In this document: in pieces, positions 9,062 through 12,447 of the stretch
Numbering within the stretch: position 1 is the stretch's first letter
How the letters are laid out: the number at the start of each line of letters is the position of its first letter
Source of the DNA: a virus
Strand: one strand, 5' to 3'
UHGV virus genome: UHGV-1611333
DNA length: 12,447 bases
Program-made: the position numbers and the translations under genes
Notes under the pieces: generated by a model
Seen by the model: only the letters and a program-made list of their open reading frames with translations
The model's database searches: none
What the model was told of the DNA's origin: nothing

Positions 9062-9097
9062 CAAGTTGGGTAAATGACATACAATTTACCCGGCTTG
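9062..9097. other. Strong hairpin after the 86-aa gene
   Basis: CAAGTTGGGTAAAT / ATTTACCCGGCTTG arms (about 14 bp with two G-U pairs) and an 8-nt loop. The flanking A/T tract lies upstream on the + strand, i.e. a U tract on the minus-strand transcript, so it could stop antisense transcription or stabilise the + strand 3' end. Confidence 0.4.
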
Positions 9098-9178
9098 TTG
9101 ACCCGCATCACCATTTACTCTAAAAACAAGTCCGACCTGTTGCATACGCCTATCTCTTTAGTAGTATCCCCCCTGATT

Positions 9179-9206
9179 TTGATAAAACTAACGCTCTTGT
9201 TATTAT
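9179..9206 (+). promoter_or_regulatory. Candidate sigma70 promoter for the VRR-NUC operon
   Basis: TTGATA (9179-9184), 16-nt spacer, TATTAT (9201-9206). A second weaker candidate is TTGACC (9098-9103), 17-nt spacer, TAAAAA (9121-9126). Confidence 0.4.
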
Positions 9207-9230
9207 CGTAATCCTGATTTCAGGAAGTTT

Positions 9231-9240
9231 GTGTTAGAAA
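9231..9240 (+). promoter_or_regulatory. Copy 1 of the recurrent GTGTTAGAAA motif
   Basis: GTGTTAGAAA sits 4 nt upstream of ATG 9245 and about 25 nt downstream of the candidate -10, i.e. an operator-like position in the 5' UTR. Confidence 0.4.
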
Positions 9241-9244
9241 TTTG

Positions 9245-9688
9245 ATGCGAAGACGCAGGCATCATAGTGCGTATTCTGAAATATCCCCGCACGCTGCTGC
9301 ACTAAGAGAGTTAGAAAGAAATCCTGACTTACTAAAAAGGAATTTCGAACATTACGAACAGGTTCGCGTTCTGGATTGGCTGTATCGCAACATGCGATAC
9401 GTGTATGAACACACACACTCAACACCGAACGGCGGCCTGAGAGGCAAAAGGACAGCCATTAAGATGGTGGCAGAAGGTCAGAAGAAGGGCTATCCGGACC
9501 TTTCTATTGACCTTGCTCGTGGTGGGTATCACGGAATGCGCATTGAGATGAAGCACGGGAGAAACCGTCTGACTCCCGAACAGCTTGTCTGGATGACCCG
9601 CCTCACGGAAGCAGGCTATTACTGCTTTGAGGCGCGCAGTGCCGATGAAGCCATAAAAGCTATCACGGAATATGTAAATCTTGATTAA
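9245..9688 (+). CDS. VRR-NUC domain nuclease (PD-(D/E)xK superfamily)
   Basis: N-terminal EQVRVLDWL element and catalytic core GYPDLSIDLARGGYHGMRIEMKHG (PD ... E-x-K) encoded at about 9487-9555. The ORF track starts at TTG 9242; ATG 9245 is used here. Confidence 0.75.
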   Translation: MRRRRHHSAYSEISPHAAALRELERNPDLLKRNFEHYEQVRVLDWLYRNMRYVYEHTHSTPNGGLRGKRTAIKMVAEGQKKGYPDLSIDLARGGYHGMRIEMKHGRNRLTPEQLVWMTRLTEAGYYCFEARSADEAIKAITEYVNLD

Positions 9689-9702
9689 ACGGAGAAATCG
9701 TT

Positions 9703-9903
9703 TTGCGTTTACTTAACGTGGCTGAACTTATCCCTGCCGGTGCTAACGTTGTTGCTCGTCGCTGCTCATGGCCTCATTCTTTCTGTATAGAGCTTAAAAA
9801 GATGGATGATGGGGCATTAGAAGCCCGAAACATAGTTACCGGCGACAAGGTATGCATTACCCCGGAAAGCGCGAAAGCCAATGATTGGGAGTTTGTTCAT
9901 TGA
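9703..9903 (+). CDS. Hypothetical small protein (66 aa)
   Basis: TTG start with GGAG 8 nt upstream (9691-9694), 14 nt after the VRR-NUC stop. No recognised motif. Confidence 0.4.
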   Translation: MRLLNVAELIPAGANVVARRCSWPHSFCIELKKMDDGALEARNIVTGDKVCITPESAKANDWEFVH

Positions 9904-9965
9904 GCAGAAAACACCACGTAAATCTGACGTTTGCTGATGACGCCGGAAGAACCAGAAGCATAACC

Positions 9966-10211
9966 ATGAAAGTTGCTTCCAGGAAAGTAACCGCTCCACT
10001 TATACGAGAGGCCGTAAGTGAACTTGAGATGAGTGAGAATGCAGCTCTGTTATCGGTAAGCTGGCTGGGGAAAATGACGGATCAGGAATACTCGGATGGT
10101 ATACCCCACGGTGAGCGGCAGATAGTAAAGCGCGCGCTTAGAATTTCAGAGGTAGTTGTCGTACTGATAGCTTTGATTTATATGGCATACATGCTACTCC
10201 AACACGTCTAA
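9966..10211 (+). CDS. Small protein with a C-terminal transmembrane helix (tail-anchored), 81 aa from ATG 9966
   Basis: The ORF is open from TTG 9885, which would overlap the upstream gene by 19 nt. The first ATG is at 9966. The C-terminus EVVVVLIALIYMAYMLLQHV is a clear hydrophobic helix. A strong terminator follows the stop. Confidence 0.4.
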   Translation: MKVASRKVTAPLIREAVSELEMSENAALLSVSWLGKMTDQEYSDGIPHGERQIVKRALRISEVVVVLIALIYMAYMLLQHV

Positions 10212-10219
10212 ACGGTCAT

Positions 10220-10246
10220 AAACCCGCCAGTTGGCGGGTTTTTTGT
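10220..10246 (+). terminator. Rho-independent terminator of the VRR-NUC operon
   Basis: AAACCCGCC-AGTT-GGCGGGTTTTTTG: 6-7 bp GC stem, 4-nt loop, U tract, beginning 9 nt after the stop at 10209-10211. Confidence 0.8.
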
Positions 10247-10285
10247 TGCCTGAGTCTTTTTATTGAAATTGCATACTAATAAAAT

Positions 10286-10304
10286 GTGTTAGAAAACTAA
10301 TTTC
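10286..10304 (+). promoter_or_regulatory. Copy 2 of the recurrent motif (GTGTTAGAAAACTAATTTC)
   Basis: Located between the terminator and the RBS (AGGGAA 10310-10315) of the 402-aa gene, 17 nt before ATG 10321. A TTGAAA element at 10264-10269 is nearby. Confidence 0.45.
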
Positions 10305-10320
10305 AAAAAAGGGAACAAAC

Positions 10321-11529
10321 ATGAGTCAGCAAGTAGAATCATCAAGCCTGGAGATCATCTCAACCGCAATTGAAACGCTGCGGACACAAATCGCGCTTAT
10401 ACAGAAACGAAATCCGGGCGATGATCTGTCAAAGCGACTGCATGAGAGCGTCATTGCCACTACAGATAACCTGGTGGCGGAAATCAACCAGCTCCTTGAT
10501 GATGGGGCAGTTGATTACAATAAGCTGGTGGATCAGTTTGAGGAATATCAGCAAGCCGTTAATGATGGCTTGATCCGTTTTTCTCAAGTCACTGGTGTAT
10601 CTGCGACAGTTGAAAGCCTGGGGGATGCTGTTAATCAATTTGCCGCGAATATGCGTAATGAGATCGGCAATCTGGAGGCGCGTCTTGAGCAGGCAAATAC
10701 ATTGCGCAAATCTGCTGAAGTCGATTTGAGTCGTTACAAAAAAGACTATCCGCCAAGCCTGACAAAACGACTGGATGTTGCGGAGAAAGATAACCGCACT
10801 CTGAAAAGAGAGCGTCGGGAACTAAAAGAGCGCTTAACCAAGCTAAATCAGCAATGCGTTGAGTATCAAGGCGAACTCGTCACACTGCGTAAAAAGTTAG
10901 CAGCGGCGCAGAGCATTATTGAAACATTGAAACGAGAGTGCTCAGAGCTTGGTAATGATCTGAATCGCGCCTGTGGCATGGGGCAAAGGCCAGAGACATT
11001 CCCGCTAATGTATGACGGAAGAGAAGCTATTGCCTATATCCATGAGTTTCCGCATGGTCTGGTCGCGGAGACTGGGCAACGTGGCGAAGCGTTGCTGACG
11101 GCAAATTACCATCAGCAAATCAGAACCAGCCGCCTGCTGACGATGGATGTGATCCCGTCAGTATGGGGAACGCCGCTTTACTACCGAATTCCTGGCTTCG
11201 AAACTGACTGGAATACCGACATAGACGAATGTCTGGCAGATAAAATTATGGCGTACCTTGAAACGGATTTTCCACGCTTGCATCGCCGGATTATGGACTC
11301 TAAGGATGCACCGATCGACGAATTGAAAATGCGTCCAGAGACGTTGGAGGCAATCAAGCAGACTGAGTTTGATACGGTGTTCAGTGTGGCCTGCATTCCA
11401 AGCAGCTTTCATGAAAGCATTCCGTTCATGCAGGGCGATCGACGTCAGGAAATAATTGATGCTTGCCGGGTATGGGCGAACGAGTGGGATAAGAAGAACG
11501 GTGGAGTTGAAAATCTTTACGGGAAATAA
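10321..11529 (+). CDS. Hypothetical coiled-coil protein (402 aa) with a C-terminal globular domain
   Basis: Long ORF with an RBS. Residues about 1-220 are heptad-rich and charged (e.g. LKRERRELKERLTKLNQQCVEYQGELVTLRKKLAAAQSIIETLKRE). The C-terminal ~180 aa are non-repetitive. No catalytic motif recognised. Confidence 0.85.
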   Translation: MSQQVESSSLEIISTAIETLRTQIALIQKRNPGDDLSKRLHESVIATTDNLVAEINQLLDDGAVDYNKLVDQFEEYQQAVNDGLIRFSQVTGVSATVESLGDAVNQFAANMRNEIGNLEARLEQANTLRKSAEVDLSRYKKDYPPSLTKRLDVAEKDNRTLKRERRELKERLTKLNQQCVEYQGELVTLRKKLAAAQSIIETLKRECSELGNDLNRACGMGQRPETFPLMYDGREAIAYIHEFPHGLVAETGQRGEALLTANYHQQIRTSRLLTMDVIPSVWGTPLYYRIPGFETDWNTDIDECLADKIMAYLETDFPRLHRRIMDSKDAPIDELKMRPETLEAIKQTEFDTVFSVACIPSSFHESIPFMQGDRRQEIIDACRVWANEWDKKNGGVENLYGK

Positions 11530-11530
11530 T

Positions 11531-11562
11531 GTGTTAGAAAACTAAAATTATCTTTCTAACAT
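11531..11562. promoter_or_regulatory. Copy 3 of the motif, arranged as an inverted repeat (TGTTAGAAA-N12-TTTCTAACA)
   Basis: GTGTTAGAAAACTAAAATTATC at 11531-11552 begins 2 nt after the 402-aa stop. Its 9-bp reverse complement TTTCTAACA lies at 11553-11561, giving a palindromic operator-like site or an AU-rich hairpin. Confidence 0.45.
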
Positions 11563-11598
11563 GTTGATTATGGAATTAACTTAACATAGAATTTTTCG

Positions 11599-11667
11599 TG
11601 CTGGTGGGGAGCTTCCCATGTCGCTTGCGGGTTTGATAGTCACTTCATTGTCTTCTCCCCACCAGCA
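11599..11667. repeat. Perfect 12-bp inverted repeat (TGCTGGTGGGGA / TCCCCACCAGCA) with a 45-nt spacer
   Basis: Arms at 11599-11610 and 11656-11667. A 25-codon ORF (ATG 11618, GGGGAG upstream) starts inside the loop. No flanking U tract, so not a classic terminator. Confidence 0.4.
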
Positions 11668-11681
11668 TCAAACAAATTTAA

Positions 11682-11700
11682 GTGTTAGAAAGTAAATTTA
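11682..11700 (+). promoter_or_regulatory. Copy 4 of the recurrent motif (GTGTTAGAAAGTAAATTTA)
   Basis: Same 10-nt core followed by a TAAATT element, at the entrance to the structured non-coding region. Confidence 0.4.
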
Positions 11701-11903
11701 AGGGTAAGGGAAAGCTCCGGCACCGTGCAAATACATGCCCGGCAGGTTTAGTGCGTAAAGTGGTTTCAGCGAGAGCATTTTACGGAGTAAACGACAGTGA
11801 CTTGAGCCACGGAAGGTCTTTTTAAGGTGTTCATTGATGATGATCTGGCAGTGAGTATGTTAAGTGGGCCAGGCTGCATCGGGTCATCATCAGTGCACAT
11901 CCT

Positions 11904-11971
11904 CAACGTTAAGGAGGCGCAGAGTTGGGTTTTCCTCTTATTTTGCTGACTCTGAGTCTCCTTAACGTTGC
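11904..11971. repeat. Long imperfect inverted repeat / RNA hairpin that sequesters a strong Shine-Dalgarno
   Basis: Left arm CAACGTTAAGGAG GCGCAGAG (11904-11924) pairs with CTCTGAGT CTCCTTAACGTTG (about 11951-11971): 13 perfect bp plus about 6 more with 2 mismatches. AAGGAGG at 11911-11917 is inside the left arm. Confidence 0.5.
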
Positions 11972-12104
11972 GGTAATGCACCTATGCGGATGTGGCCTTG
12001 CATTGTGTTTTGAAAGAATGGGGCAAGGCCGGGGATATCCCCAGGGGGAGGCACCCCCGCTGCAACGAACAGCCATAGACGGCAGTCGAGTGATGAAAAC
12101 GTGA
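11925..12104 (+). CDS. Candidate small hydrophobic peptide (59 aa, TTG start); speculative
   Basis: TTG 11925 lies 7 nt after AAGGAGG. It translates to MGFPLILLTLSLLNVAVMHLCGCGLALCFERMGQGRGYPQGEAPPLQRTAIDGSRVMKT, stop at 12102-12104. The hydrophobic N-terminal half is encoded across the hairpin. It is below the ORF-track size cutoff and may be a structured RNA rather than coding. Confidence 0.2.
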   Translation: MGFPLILLTLSLLNVAVMHLCGCGLALCFERMGQGRGYPQGEAPPLQRTAIDGSRVMKT

Positions 12105-12192
12105 AAAGACTTTAAACCTCGTTACGGCTGGCGTGGCAAACGCGACAACCGGGATAGGACGGTGACGGGCGGAGAGAGAGCCGCTTCAAGAT

Positions 12193-12259
12193 AAAAGCCG
12201 ACTATGGATTCCTTTCTGCGGGCCTTTGAAAGTGAATCTTGCTCAGGCAGTCGGCTTTT
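12193..12259. repeat. 11-bp perfect inverted repeat (AAAAGCCGACT / AGTCGGCTTTT) with a 45-nt spacer
   Basis: Arms at 12193-12203 and 12249-12259, followed by TTTTATGTTG. Either a large-loop hairpin within a structured RNA or a weak terminator. Confidence 0.4.
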
Positions 12260-12391
12260 ATGTTGATACGTAGCGATAACCGCGACAGGCGCGGCGGCAA
12301 GTATGGCGGGGTAGTGACTCCTTCCCCCTCATGACGCCGAGTTGCCAGGTTGACCATACGCCTAAGTGGCAATACCGCGAGTGGGATATTT

Positions 12392-12417
12392 GCCCATCTT
12401 CGGGTGGGCGTTTTTTT
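12392..12417 (+). terminator. Textbook intrinsic terminator with a UUCG tetraloop
   Basis: GCCCATC-TTCG-GGTGGGC (7-bp stem including one G-U pair, C(UUCG)G tetraloop) followed by GTTTTTTT at 12410-12417. A possible ATG of a downstream gene follows at 12431. Confidence 0.8.
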
Positions 12418-12447
12418 CAGGGTTTTCGTCATGGTTAGCGACTTTGC

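Noticed and set aside
9234-9999. Minus-strand ORFs 9234-9425 and 9817-9999
   Set aside because: Antisense to the VRR-NUC operon genes and opposed to the promoter and terminator layout of the unit.
10370-11412. Short ORFs inside the 402-aa gene (10370-10573 +, 10429-10638 -, 11158-11412 -, 11181-11396 -)
   Set aside because: Nested within a long, RBS-supported ORF; treated as frame noise.
9231-11700. The repeated GTGTTAGAAA copies as a CRISPR array
   Set aside because: Copies are 1.0-1.2 kb apart with genes between them and are not regularly spaced, and flanks differ. Not a repeat-spacer array.
11682-11700. Identification of the motif as a phage P1 C1 repressor operator
   Set aside because: Only the 3' half (TAAATTT) of copy 4 resembles the consensus I recall (ATTGCTCTAATAAATTT); the 5' half differs and the other copies match less. 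Too weak to call; kept only as a hypothesis that a related repressor may be involved.
11925-12104. Hok/Sok-type toxin locus
   Set aside because: The 59-aa peptide is hydrophobic but lacks the conserved Hok-family features (the LTR-x-SLCE and EVAA elements), so homology is not supported. It is retained only as a generic candidate for a small membrane peptide.
11860-12420. tRNA, tmRNA or RNase P RNA in the structured region
   Set aside because: No T-loop GTTCRANYC element or CCA-acceptor-like context, and no similarity to the E. coli RNase P or tmRNA sequences as I recall them.
11766-12432. Minus-strand ORFs 11766-11981 (71 aa) and 12202-12432 (76 aa) in the structured region
   Set aside because: Both run straight through inverted repeats, and the second through the UUCG terminator. 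No RBS; compositions are Arg/Thr/Pro-rich, typical of antisense GC-rich noise.
1-12447. Insertion sequence, transposase or integrase, with terminal inverted repeats
   Set aside because: No ORF shows DDE transposase or tyrosine/serine recombinase motifs. The inverted repeats seen are local hairpins, not element-terminal repeats flanking a gene.

Overview
This window looks like an accessory block of a mobile element (phage, phage-plasmid or conjugative plasmid) of enterobacterial-like composition. I cannot name the element from sequence alone. Nearly all supported genes sit on the + strand; I saw no rRNA, tRNA, CRISPR array, transposase or integrase. Contents in order: a 3' gene fragment and terminator (1-199); a minus-strand CHAP/NlpC-P60-like (TIGR02594-like) putative cell-wall hydrolase (197-682); a divergent lipoprotein gene (876-1373); a giant ~2280-aa ORF fusing an N6-adenine methyltransferase domain to an SF2 helicase (1485-8321), the architecture of phage P1 DarB-type antirestriction proteins; two small translationally coupled unknown ORFs (8358-9055); a small operon with a VRR-NUC nuclease and two small ORFs (9245-10211) ending in a clear terminator; and a 402-aa coiled-coil protein (10321-11529). 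The last ~890 bp (11530-12420) has no convincing ORF, is dense in inverted repeats and ends in a textbook UUCG-tetraloop terminator. Two things deserve most attention: a recurring motif GTGTTAGAAA(A/G)(C/T)TAA at four intergenic sites, and the structured non-coding tail with an SD-sequestering hairpin and a 59-aa hydrophobic mini-ORF. All functional calls are from motifs read by eye; no database search was run.
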